From positions 416,001 to 480,000 of the forward strand of contig CAVXLD010000001.1 of the NCBI GenBank assembly GCA_963762565.1: DNA of 64,000 nt, given 5' to 3'. Both the position numbers and the translations under genes were made by a program. Below are positions 51,412 through 59,685 of the stretch, in pieces (position 1 is the first letter of the stretch; each line of letters opens with the position of its first letter). The notes under the pieces were generated by a model, which saw only the letters and a program-made list of their open reading frames with translations, did no database searches and was not told where the DNA came from. Origin of the DNA: an uncultured Verrucomicrobiae bacterium. Its GTDB lineage: Bacteria; Verrucomicrobiota; Verrucomicrobiia; Chthoniobacterales; JAFAMB01.

Positions 51412-51864
51412 TCAGATTCCAAGCACTCCCAACATGTGATGGAACGTTGGCGCGTCCTCTTCCCTTACCTTTTGCCATGCCCCTGGACTCCAAACTTCGA
51501 ACCGCGAATGGCTGCCCACTAAGATGACTTCCACTTTGAGGCCAAGCTGACGACAGTGCTCCTCGGGCAAGATGATCCGGCCCTGCTTATCTGTCGTCAG
51601 ATGTTGAGCTCGCGAATAGAACTGTCGAATGAATCGCTGAACATCCTGGGCTGAAAACCTAGAATCGCTCTTGGCCCGTGCTGCGACTTCGTGCGCCACC
51701 GCAATGGGCATCACCATTAAACAGCCATTCTCTGGATTAGGTACGGCAAAGAACTCATCCACCTCACCGCTCCGCCAACGCGCGGGGATAGTGACGCGAT
51801 TTTTCGCGTCCAAGGCGTGCCGGAATTCCCCGGCAAAGATTGGCTGAGAGGTGTTGGGATCCAT
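51412..51864 (-). CDS. mraZ: Division/cell wall cluster repressor MraZ
   Basis: LDAKNRVTIPARWR and DKQGRIILP repeats. Confidence 0.95.
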   Translation of the reverse strand: MDPNTSQPIFAGEFRHALDAKNRVTIPARWRSGEVDEFFAVPNPENGCLMVMPIAVAHEVAARAKSDSRFSAQDVQRFIRQFYSRAQHLTTDKQGRIILPEEHCRQLGLKVEVILVGSHSRFEVWSPGAWQKVREEDAPTFHHMLGVLGI

Positions 51865-51884
51865 TGTTCAGCATGGCTATCCAA

Positions 51885-51928
51885 CCATTTTGAACCACAA
51901 TGCCCCACTTTTACCCACCAACCCCCAT
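51885..51928 (-). promoter_or_regulatory. MraZ-binding repeats
   Basis: Five RTGG boxes with exact 10-bp periodicity (CCAT/CCAC at 51885, 51895, 51905, 51915, 51925) just upstream of mraZ. Confidence 0.8.
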
Positions 51929-52030
51929 TCGGGTCAATGAAATTCGTGCGGATTTAGAACATTTTGTGGCTTCAAGCGCGAGGGACCACCGTGCGCGTGG
52001 AATCAGGAACGCCCGCAGCGATGCGAACGG

Positions 52031-52112
52031 ATGGGACTTATGGGACTAATAGGACTTATATGCGGCCGATCGGCCCTGTCCTATAAGTCCCATTGGTCTT
52101 ATAAGTCCCATC
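52031..52112. repeat. Inverted TGGGACTTAT-type short-repeat element
   Basis: ATGGGACTTATGGGACTAATAGGACTTAT facing TATAAGTCCCATTGGTCTTATAAGTCCCAT. Confidence 0.65.
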
Positions 52113-52270
52113 CATGACCGGCATGCTAAACACCCACCATACGCCTGACGATTTCAGGCCCAACGGCCTCCAATTTTTACAAGAACAACCGATTTTTGAC
52201 GGGTAATTTAATGAAAATCGGCTGAATTCCCCTCGTTTTGAATACTTTATATGCTATACTGGAAGTCCCT

Positions 52271-52591
52271 ATGGCTATTCAGAAGAAAAACGCCTTCTCC
52301 CGCCGACTGCCAGATCTAGTGACCGAGGAGCTAGTCTCCGTTCTGTCGCAAAAAAAATCGTTCGAGTTCAAGCAATTGTTTGAAGTCGTTCATGAAAATT
52401 TACGACAGCGTAACGCGGCCAGCGGCGGTGAAGAGATGTTGCGTTTGAGAGCTTACGAAAAACTTCAAAATTTGGTGGCGCGCGGTGTTGTGAAAAAGAA
52501 CGGTAAAAGCTACAAAGGGGACGCAGCCGCATTAGCAGCGATGGCTGCAACCACAGCCCAGGCCGCCGCAGCTATCGTCTCCAAAACGTAA
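52271..52591 (+). CDS. Small basic hypothetical protein, possibly winged-helix
   Basis: Start MAIQKK, preceded by extended -10 TGCTATACT (52252-52260); helical with LVARGVVKKNGKSY wing-like end. Confidence 0.7.
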   Translation: MAIQKKNAFSRRLPDLVTEELVSVLSQKKSFEFKQLFEVVHENLRQRNAASGGEEMLRLRAYEKLQNLVARGVVKKNGKSYKGDAAALAAMAATTAQAAAAIVSKT

Positions 52592-52600
52592 TATCTAGGA

Positions 52601-52978
52601 ATGGCCCAAGATTACCTTCCGATCCTCATTCAAGTCCTTTTCGCGATCGGATTCGCCGGGTTCGCCTTATTCCTTAGCGTAGTCATCGGTAGGGTTGGTA
52701 AGCGAACCCCTATCAAGGATACAGCCTACGAGTGTGGAATGTTACCGGAAGGCGAGGCTCAGCCTCGCTTTAGCGTGAAGTTCTACCTGGTGGCGATGCT
52801 CTTTATCCTCTTCGATATCGAGATCGTTTTCATGTACCCGTGGGCGGTCGTCTATCGCGATTTCGTCGCCAAATATAGTGCCCTGCCCATCTTCGGCAGT
52901 ATGCTTGGCTTTGTCGTGATCCTGTTGGTAGGGTTCGTCTACGCGGTGAAAAAAGGCGCTCTTGAGTGGAGACGGTAG
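52601..52978 (+). CDS. nuoA: NADH-quinone oxidoreductase subunit A
   Basis: YECG, RFSVKFYLVAMLFILFDIE..FMYPWA, KKGALEW. Confidence 0.95.
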   Translation: MAQDYLPILIQVLFAIGFAGFALFLSVVIGRVGKRTPIKDTAYECGMLPEGEAQPRFSVKFYLVAMLFILFDIEIVFMYPWAVVYRDFVAKYSALPIFGSMLGFVVILLVGFVYAVKKGALEWRR

Positions 52979-52984
52979 TAGGCC

Positions 52985-53230
52985 ACTAGTAATCAGTAGT
53001 CAGTAATCAGTTTTAGGAGCTAGGAGCTAGGAGAGGCGCTGAGCGTATCCGAGCCGATTCTTCCGATTCGGCGCGTGCGCTTAGCTCGCCTGCCCTATAG
53101 GCCTCATTGGTCCTATAAGTGCCACCGGCGCGCAGGCCCAAACAGATACCAGAACCTTGTGCGCTAATACTCCCACGCCCCTGCTAGCTCCTAGATTCTA
53201 GCTCCTAGCTCCTAAACTGATTACTGATCA
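52985..53230. repeat. Palindromic element with TAGGAGC heptamer arms
   Basis: AGTAATCAGTTTTAGGAGCTAGGAGCTAG ... CTAGCTCCTAGCTCCTAAACTGATTACT. Confidence 0.7.
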
Positions 53231-53251
53231 CTCTTTACTGCTCACTGAAGA

Positions 53252-53524
53252 ATGACTGCCAAGCGGGTCATCTACGAGGGCCGCGTCCAAGGCGTGGGGT
53301 TTCGGTTTTCGGTTAAGGAGATCGCTCACGGTTACGAGGTTGCAGGTTGGGTCCGGAACCTGCCGGATGGTCGCGTCCAGCTAGAGGCTCAAGGAGAACA
53401 GTCAGAAATCGACGGCTTCCTGCAGGGCATCGAAGACTCACACCTGCGGGCTCATATTCGGCGGAAGGTCGTAACGCCGATCGAGCCTGCGGGGGGACTG
53501 AAAGGATTCCAAATCCGCGCTTAG
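53252..53524 (+). CDS. acyP: Acylphosphatase
   Basis: GRVQGVGFR, GWVRNLPDGRV. Confidence 0.93.
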   Translation: MTAKRVIYEGRVQGVGFRFSVKEIAHGYEVAGWVRNLPDGRVQLEAQGEQSEIDGFLQGIEDSHLRAHIRRKVVTPIEPAGGLKGFQIRA

Positions 53525-53937
53525 GAGCGCTTTGTGCGCACAACTGCGTAGGCCGTTCGGCATCTCCAACCAGCTACGCGGGTGCTTTTCTTACTTGGCG
53601 TAGTACTCCAACACTCCCACACTCCGCGTGGCCGGATTCGAGGACAGCCTGTCCGACGAAGCCTATGCTCTATGTTGCCAAACCGCTCGAAGTCGGCCTC
53701 GCAAGCGAGGCGCGCTCCACAACCGGGACGTTGGCGAAGTCGGAAGGACGACGACGAGGACAGCCTGCCCGACGTAGCTTGTGGTCTGTAAGCTGCAACC
53801 CCTGTTCGGCAGCGAAGTCGGGAGAACGAAGCGCCTTGTGAGGAGCCTCGCCCCACCAAGGCCTATATGCATTTGTGGACGCTAAACAGTATAAATCCTA
53901 GACGCTCTCCGTTTTCGGACCAATATTCGTGCGAAAG

Positions 53938-54660
53938 ATGCGCTTCGCGATTTTCGGCGACATCCACGCAAACTTTGAGGCGTTCGAGGCCGTTCTCGCC
54001 GATGCCAAGCGAGAAAAGTGTGACCGCTTCATTTGCCTGGGGGACGTTGTGGGTTACAACGCAGATCCTCAGGCCTGCCTGGCGATCGTAAGGGAACTTG
54101 ATTGCCCAGTAGTGAAAGGCAACCACGATGAGTACGCCTCCAGCCATTGTTCGCTAGAAACCTTCAACCCGTTGGCAGAATCGGCGATTCGATGGACGCG
54201 GGAGACCCTGACTCCAGCGGAGAAAGAGTTTTTGGGCTCCCTCCCCCTAACGGCCGATGTGGAATCGTTCACGATCGTCCACGCCACCCTGGATAGTCCT
54301 GGGGATTGGGGCTATGTCCTTAATCAACTGGATGCCGCGGCCAGTTTCTCGCGACAAGAGCGGCCGCTTTGCTTCTTCGGTCATACCCATTCCCCGCGCC
54401 TCTTTGTTAAGGACGGATCCGTCGTTGGATTCCCTCTTACTGAGGTCAAGATCGAGCCAAACAAGCAATATTTTATCAACGTCGGAAGCGTTGGTCAGCC
54501 ACGAGACGGGGACTGGCGTGCTGCGTACGCGATCTACGATCTTGGTTCTAAAAAGGTGACCCTTCGCCGTCTCAAGTACGACATAGAGAAAGCTCAGGCG
54601 AAAATCAGAAACGCCGGCCTGCCAGTAAAGCTAGCGGATCGGCTGTTTCTTGGGCGATGA
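53938..54660 (+). CDS. Metallophosphoesterase (calcineurin-like)
   Basis: GDIHAN, GDVVGY, GNHD, GHTH, NVGSVGQPRDG. Confidence 0.92.
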   Translation: MRFAIFGDIHANFEAFEAVLADAKREKCDRFICLGDVVGYNADPQACLAIVRELDCPVVKGNHDEYASSHCSLETFNPLAESAIRWTRETLTPAEKEFLGSLPLTADVESFTIVHATLDSPGDWGYVLNQLDAAASFSRQERPLCFFGHTHSPRLFVKDGSVVGFPLTEVKIEPNKQYFINVGSVGQPRDGDWRAAYAIYDLGSKKVTLRRLKYDIEKAQAKIRNAGLPVKLADRLFLGR

Positions 54661-55637
54661 CGCCGGATACCATTCTCCTGGTCAAGCCAAGCTCTCTCGG
54701 GGATATCGTCCACACATTACCCGCGCTGAGATTCGTCAAACAGTCGTTCCCGAGAAGTAAAATCTATTGGGTCGCGAACACAGAGTGGAGCCCGCTGCTT
54801 GAAGATAACCCGGACTTGGAAGGCGTTATCCGGTTTCCCCGAAGGAGTTTTCGCGGTCTTAGAGGGGTGATCCGGTTCTGGCAGTGGTGCCAAGAGTTGG
54901 GCAAGCTGCGGGCTGATCTGGTACTCGATTTTCAAGGCCTCTTTCGGAGCGCCTTGATCTCGCGGAGCGCGGGTAGCCGACTGGTATTGGGTTTGGCTGA
55001 CGCGCGGGAGGGAGCTAGATTTTTTTATCAAAAGGCCGCTCCCGTAACGCCGACCCAGCATGCGGTCTTGCGTTATCTGGCTCTGGCCGCGCTCGCCGGC
55101 GCGGATGTCTCCGGTCAAATCGAGTTCACATTACCCCAGGGCCGTCCGATACCAAATTTTGAGCTACCAAATCAGTTTGTCGTCCTTCACCCTTTTTCAA
55201 GGGGAACCGGCAAATCGTTAGGTGAAGCCGAGATTTACCAGTTAACCGCAGCACTGGCTCCCATTCCTGTCATTATCGTTGGGAAGGCTGACTCTCCGAT
55301 CTCCTTTGCTCGGAACGCAGCCTCACTAGTTAACCTAACCGATCTGGAACAGCTAATCTGGCTGCTGCGCAAGGCCGCCTTCGTAATCAGCGTCGATAGC
55401 GGACCAATGCACCTGGCAGCAGCCGTATCGCGCGAGATTCTATCAATCCATTTTTGGAGTGACCCCAGAAAAGTCGGACCATTCCGGCCGGACGCCTGGA
55501 TCTGGCAAGACAACAAGATATTACGTAAGGAAGAGCTGCCCGAAGAGTCACGAGAAGGAGACAGATCGGTGCGGCCGCGTCCGGAGCAGATCGCGTTGTT
55601 CATCCGGGAACGACTTGGAATAGGAGCTAGGAGCTAG
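54657..55637 (+). CDS. Family 9 glycosyltransferase (LPS heptosyltransferase-like)
   Basis: KPSSLGDIVH, DFQGLFRS, SVDSGPMHLAAA. Confidence 0.92.
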   Translation: MTPDTILLVKPSSLGDIVHTLPALRFVKQSFPRSKIYWVANTEWSPLLEDNPDLEGVIRFPRRSFRGLRGVIRFWQWCQELGKLRADLVLDFQGLFRSALISRSAGSRLVLGLADAREGARFFYQKAAPVTPTQHAVLRYLALAALAGADVSGQIEFTLPQGRPIPNFELPNQFVVLHPFSRGTGKSLGEAEIYQLTAALAPIPVIIVGKADSPISFARNAASLVNLTDLEQLIWLLRKAAFVISVDSGPMHLAAAVSREILSIHFWSDPRKVGPFRPDAWIWQDNKILRKEELPEESREGDRSVRPRPEQIALFIRERLGIGARS

Positions 55638-55726
55638 AATTCAGGAGCCAGGAGGGGCGGTGGGCCCTATCTTGGTAGATGCCATGGTGTTGTCAGGCTG
55701 CCGGATCAACAGCAGCCTGACAAACA

Positions 55727-56833
55727 ATGATTGAATACAAACTCAAGGCGGCACCGACCGCCGTAAGCCAGGAAAAGAACAGCCAAAAGGAAGCGAAGGC
55801 AAACCGGATCGTGCTGGGAGTCGATGCGCACCTAAAGAGCTATCAGGCGGCCCGCAAGATCGATAACGGGGCTGTGGGAGTAGCCCAGACATTCGGGAGC
55901 AAGGAAGCGTTGTTGCTTTACGTTGAGAAGCAGCGAGAGCAAGCCAAGGAAGTGGTGGTGGTCTACGAAGCCGGGCCGCTGGGGTACTCGCTGTATCGGC
56001 AGTTAAAGGCAAGCGGGATTGAGTGCCTGGTCTGTGCACCCCGCAGCGGAGAGCAGAAGAGGAAGCGGGGCAAGAACAACTCAATTGATGCGCGAACCTT
56101 AACCAGTGATCTGAGCAATTATCTCAATGGCAATGAGCAAGCGCTGCAACTGGTCAGAATACCGAGGGAGGCTCAAGAGCAGGCTCGAGTGGAAAGTCGC
56201 CAGCACGATGCGCTGGTGCAAGAACGCCAGCGCATCGGCGTCATGGGCAACTCCCTTTTGCTGAGCCAGGGCTACCAGAGCTGGAGCAATTGGTGGCGGC
56301 CCAAAGCTTTTGAGCACTTAAGCAAGGGGGTGGCGCCTTGGATTGTAAAACATCTTGGTCGCTGGGTTGGGATATTACGCGAGCTAGACCAGCAAATTGA
56401 GCAAGCCAAGGCAGAGCTAACCAAGCAGTACCAAGGCCCACGGCCAAAGGGGATGGGAGCTCCCAGCTTGGCGCAATTGAATGCTGAAGTACTGGATTGG
56501 AATCTTTACTCAACTGAACGCAAGATCGGCTGCTTAGCCGGGATGGTGCCCAGTGAATGGAGCAGCGGAGAGAGCCAACGCTTGGGTGCAATCACCAAAG
56601 TGGGACTACCGGCTCTGCGGCGCATCATCACCGAGATGGTCTGGCGGATGATCCTCTTCCAGCCCGAGTATAAAGCGGTGCAAAAATGGCGTGAGCTACT
56701 GGAGGGCTCTAACCGAGGACTGAAGAAAAAAGCCGTGGTGGCCATCGGCCGGCAACTGATCGTCGATATCTGGCGGCTACAAACCGGTCGTATTACTGCC
56801 CAGCAATTGGGTCTCATCATGATCGAGGGCTAA
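55727..56833 (+). CDS. IS110-family transposase/recombinase
   Basis: RuvC-like GVDAH, YEAGP, KNNSIDAR; C-terminal AGMVPSEWSSG..GAITKVG. Confidence 0.93.
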   Translation: MIEYKLKAAPTAVSQEKNSQKEAKANRIVLGVDAHLKSYQAARKIDNGAVGVAQTFGSKEALLLYVEKQREQAKEVVVVYEAGPLGYSLYRQLKASGIECLVCAPRSGEQKRKRGKNNSIDARTLTSDLSNYLNGNEQALQLVRIPREAQEQARVESRQHDALVQERQRIGVMGNSLLLSQGYQSWSNWWRPKAFEHLSKGVAPWIVKHLGRWVGILRELDQQIEQAKAELTKQYQGPRPKGMGAPSLAQLNAEVLDWNLYSTERKIGCLAGMVPSEWSSGESQRLGAITKVGLPALRRIITEMVWRMILFQPEYKAVQKWRELLEGSNRGLKKKAVVAIGRQLIVDIWRLQTGRITAQQLGLIMIEG

Positions 56834-56989
56834 AACCATTTTAGAAGTGACCCGAAGACTCGGGTTTTAACTTGGGGCTCTGCCCCAAACCCCGGTTCGG
56901 GGGAAACAGGAGCAAGCTGGCGCCTCTAAAGAGGCCCCATGGTTAAGGGAGAAGCTGACACAGCACTAGACTAAACATTTTAACTCTGG

Positions 56990-57135
56990 ACTTTGGAACG
57001 GCGCGCGCTCGTGCTCGCCCCTGGGCTTTAAAAGCCCGTTGGTAGATTGGGCGCGCTCGTTCCTCTTGAGCGATGCGTATAGAGCATCTTGCGCTGTCAA
57101 ACCCTGACAGGCCGGATAGGAGGCTGCCTTGTCCC
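56990..57135 (+). ncRNA. Putative bridge/seek RNA core (target- and donor-binding loops)
   Basis: Loop 1: CTCGCCCC (57014-57021) + hairpin + TTGGTAG (57039-57045) match the REP target halves. Loop 2: GCATCT (57084-57089) + hairpin + ATAGGAG (57116-57122) match the predicted circle junction. RNA ends unknown. Confidence 0.7.
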
Positions 57136-57596
57136 AATCGAGCTCGGAGACATGAGCCACAAGAGGAAACGTACCAACCGTCGCAAACCGGCTCGATCTC
57201 TGAACTAAAAATTTTGGCAACTACGTTGCTCTACAAAAGATGACAAACCGCTAAAAACACGCAGGGTAGCTTGACAACACCATAGGGGGGCGAGGCTCCC
57301 GGAGAGCCCTGCGATTCTCCAGGGTGGGTGGCACAAACGCCAAAATACAAATGCGCAAGGCCAAGGAAACGCGCCGAGCCGTACCCACAGTAAACCACGG
57401 CTCGGCGCGCTTTGAAGTGTAGCAACATTCTCCGGAGGTTTAATATTGGACGCTGCGCGATAACTTTGAGTTCTTTCGGGAGCCTCGCCCCACCAAGATA
57501 GGGCCCACCGCCCCCTCCTGGCTCCTAGATTCTAGCTCCTAGCTCCTGTTCTACTTTCCGCTTTAAATAACCCCAGAAGCATCTATCTAACACCAT

Positions 57597-58085
57597 ATGC
57601 CTTCGTTCGACATCGTGTCGGAAGTCGACAAGCAAGAGATCGACAACGCCCTCAACCAAGCTAAGAAAGAGCTGAGTACCCGATTTGACTTCAAGGACAG
57701 CAAAGCCTCGATCGAGCGCACCAGCCCCGACGTGCTTGAACTAACAGCCGAAGATGCCGCCAGATTGCGGTCTTTGATGGAGATCATGGTTGGCAAGCTG
57801 GCTAAACGCGGCGTCGATTTGCGCAACGTCGAACGGAAAGATCCGGCAATTTCCCCCTTAGGGCACGCGCGCCAGGAAATTCATATAAAACAAGGGCTCG
57901 AGGGAGATAAGGCAAAAGAGATCACCAAAGCGATCAAAGCTGAAGGAATAAACGTGCAGTGCCAATTACAGGATCGCCAGATCCGAGTCTCCGGAAAAAA
58001 GAAGGATGATCTGCAGACAGTGATCCAGTTTTTGCGGAAAAAAGATTTCGGCGTAGCGCTGAATTTTAAGAACTTCCGAGATTAG
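57597..58085 (+). CDS. yajQ: YajQ-family nucleotide-binding protein
   Basis: MPSFDIVSEVD, RFDFK, RVSGKKKDDLQ, NFRD end. Confidence 0.95.
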   Translation: MPSFDIVSEVDKQEIDNALNQAKKELSTRFDFKDSKASIERTSPDVLELTAEDAARLRSLMEIMVGKLAKRGVDLRNVERKDPAISPLGHARQEIHIKQGLEGDKAKEITKAIKAEGINVQCQLQDRQIRVSGKKKDDLQTVIQFLRKKDFGVALNFKNFRD

Positions 58086-58440
58086 GAGTTCGGTAGGGCG
58101 AGGCTCCAACAGACAAAGTAAGCAGTAAGCAGTAAGCGGTTTTAGGAGCCAGGATCCAGGAGGTGCTCAGCCCGGAATGCGCGGCGTATCAATCCGGGCT
58201 TTCTCCGACGCAATTCTTGCCTGAAACTCTGGAATCTGAAGAATCCTGTCCTTCCTCTATTAATTAATGACAAAGTGATTTGCTTTTGAAACCGGCGCTT
58301 TCGTCGGCTCAGCGTGTGGCCCAGCCGAAAAACCTCCTGATTCCTGGATTCCGGCTCCTGCCTCCTAGACTGCTTACTGCTTACTGCTTACTGCTTACTG
58401 CTTACTTTGTCCGCCGGAGCCTCGCCCTACCGAACTCCTA
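58083..58440. repeat. REPIN-like palindrome between convergent yajQ and nos
   Basis: TAGGAGTTCGGTAGGGCGAGGCTCC / GGAGCCTCGCCCTACCGAACTCCTA arms with inner AGTAAGC heptamer arrays. Confidence 0.85.
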
Positions 58441-59679
58441 CCCAAACGGACAACGCCTCGCGCTTCCCTCGGCCCAACGCTTCGGTTGCGCCAGAAAGTT
58501 CGGCTTCACCGTTCGGTCTTTGAACGAGCGGTGAAAGACTGGTGTAGTGGCCCCTGATATTGGAGGCACAATCCAGCTCCAATCCGCATAAACGCAGCGT
58601 CCCGCTTCCTTCTCTCTATTCTCATGAAGTAGAAACTGCTTGGTAACGGTGTGGTGATCGACCATCGCTACCCCAGCCTCGGCGAACGACCAAAGAACAG
58701 CATCGTTCAGCTCGATAAGAGCTCGGTCCTTCCATAGGTTCCGATTAGAGCCGACATCCATTCCAAGAAGTCTGCCAATCTCAGGCAAAACATTGTAACG
58801 GTCTATGTCCGCCAGATCGCGCGCACCGATCTCGGATCCGACGTACCACCCGCTAAAGGGAGCTGCCGGAAATGAAACGCCTCCAATTTCGAGAAGCATC
58901 CCGGAGACCGCCGGCAAGGCGAACCATTTTAAACCCATTTGCTCAAACCAGCCGTAGCGAGGGTGGCGAATCGGGACTTCCAAGACGTCATCAAACGGTA
59001 AATCAAACCAATGGACTGTGCTGTCCATCTCGATCACGATCGGCAGTAGGTTAAAACGGCCTCGCGGTGGTCCCTTCCAACCCAGCGCTTCAATCCGGTG
59101 GGTGAAACCAAGATTGATCGGATCTCCTAAGACCGATCCGTCGGCTTGTCGATATCCGGCGTAGCCGATCAACTGCCGGTTCCAAATCCTAACCCGTGGT
59201 TTTTCGACGGATCCGGAAGCGAAAACCGAGACCATCGGAACGATGCGCCCGCCGTTTGTGGAAAACTCAACATGGTCGACCAGCGCGGCAAACACCTCTT
59301 GCGGAGTATTTAGGTGCCTCAGGTCTCGAACCAACAGATTCTCCCACAGTAATCGGCCAACACACCGAGTGCTATTTCGCCAGGCTACTTTCGCTCCGTA
59401 TACCAGCTCCTCCCGGCTCAGGTAATCCAACTGGCCATCCCGAATTTGTTTCCTGACTTGTGCCCACCGCGAGTTGAAAACCTCGGATGAGCCGGAGCTC
59501 ATCCCTAACGTTTCAGAATAGAACTGGTCGAGCCATTTACGAGCCTCTTCCAGAAGAAGGGTCGCATGGGCGCCATCATTGACCTCGGCTGGATCATCTC
59601 GGATCACAGCCGCCTGCTTCCGAATTTGCTTCAGGCGGCGCTGCCCGATCATGGCGCGTGGATCAGCGTCGTTTTTCAT
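58438..59679 (-). CDS. nos: Bacterial nitric oxide synthase oxygenase
   Basis: AWRNSTRCVGR (heme Cys), RIWNRQLIGYAGY, PFSGWYVGSEIGARD, LWKDRAL, DHHT, ADWSWIVPPISG; no reductase domain. Confidence 0.95.
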   Translation of the reverse strand: MKNDADPRAMIGQRRLKQIRKQAAVIRDDPAEVNDGAHATLLLEEARKWLDQFYSETLGMSSGSSEVFNSRWAQVRKQIRDGQLDYLSREELVYGAKVAWRNSTRCVGRLLWENLLVRDLRHLNTPQEVFAALVDHVEFSTNGGRIVPMVSVFASGSVEKPRVRIWNRQLIGYAGYRQADGSVLGDPINLGFTHRIEALGWKGPPRGRFNLLPIVIEMDSTVHWFDLPFDDVLEVPIRHPRYGWFEQMGLKWFALPAVSGMLLEIGGVSFPAAPFSGWYVGSEIGARDLADIDRYNVLPEIGRLLGMDVGSNRNLWKDRALIELNDAVLWSFAEAGVAMVDHHTVTKQFLLHENREKEAGRCVYADWSWIVPPISGATTPVFHRSFKDRTVKPNFLAQPKRWAEGSARRCPFG

Positions 59680-59685
59680 TTCGTC

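Larger units (their letters stand above)
55677..57286 (+). mobile_element. IS110-family, IS1111-type insertion sequence
   Basis: Sub-terminal IRs ATGGTGTTGTCAGGCTGCC (55684-55702) / GGTAGCTTGACAACACCAT (57265-57283), 7 nt and 3 nt from the ends; removing the element restores the REP CTTGGT|GGGGCGAGGCTCCC; no target duplication. Confidence 0.9.
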
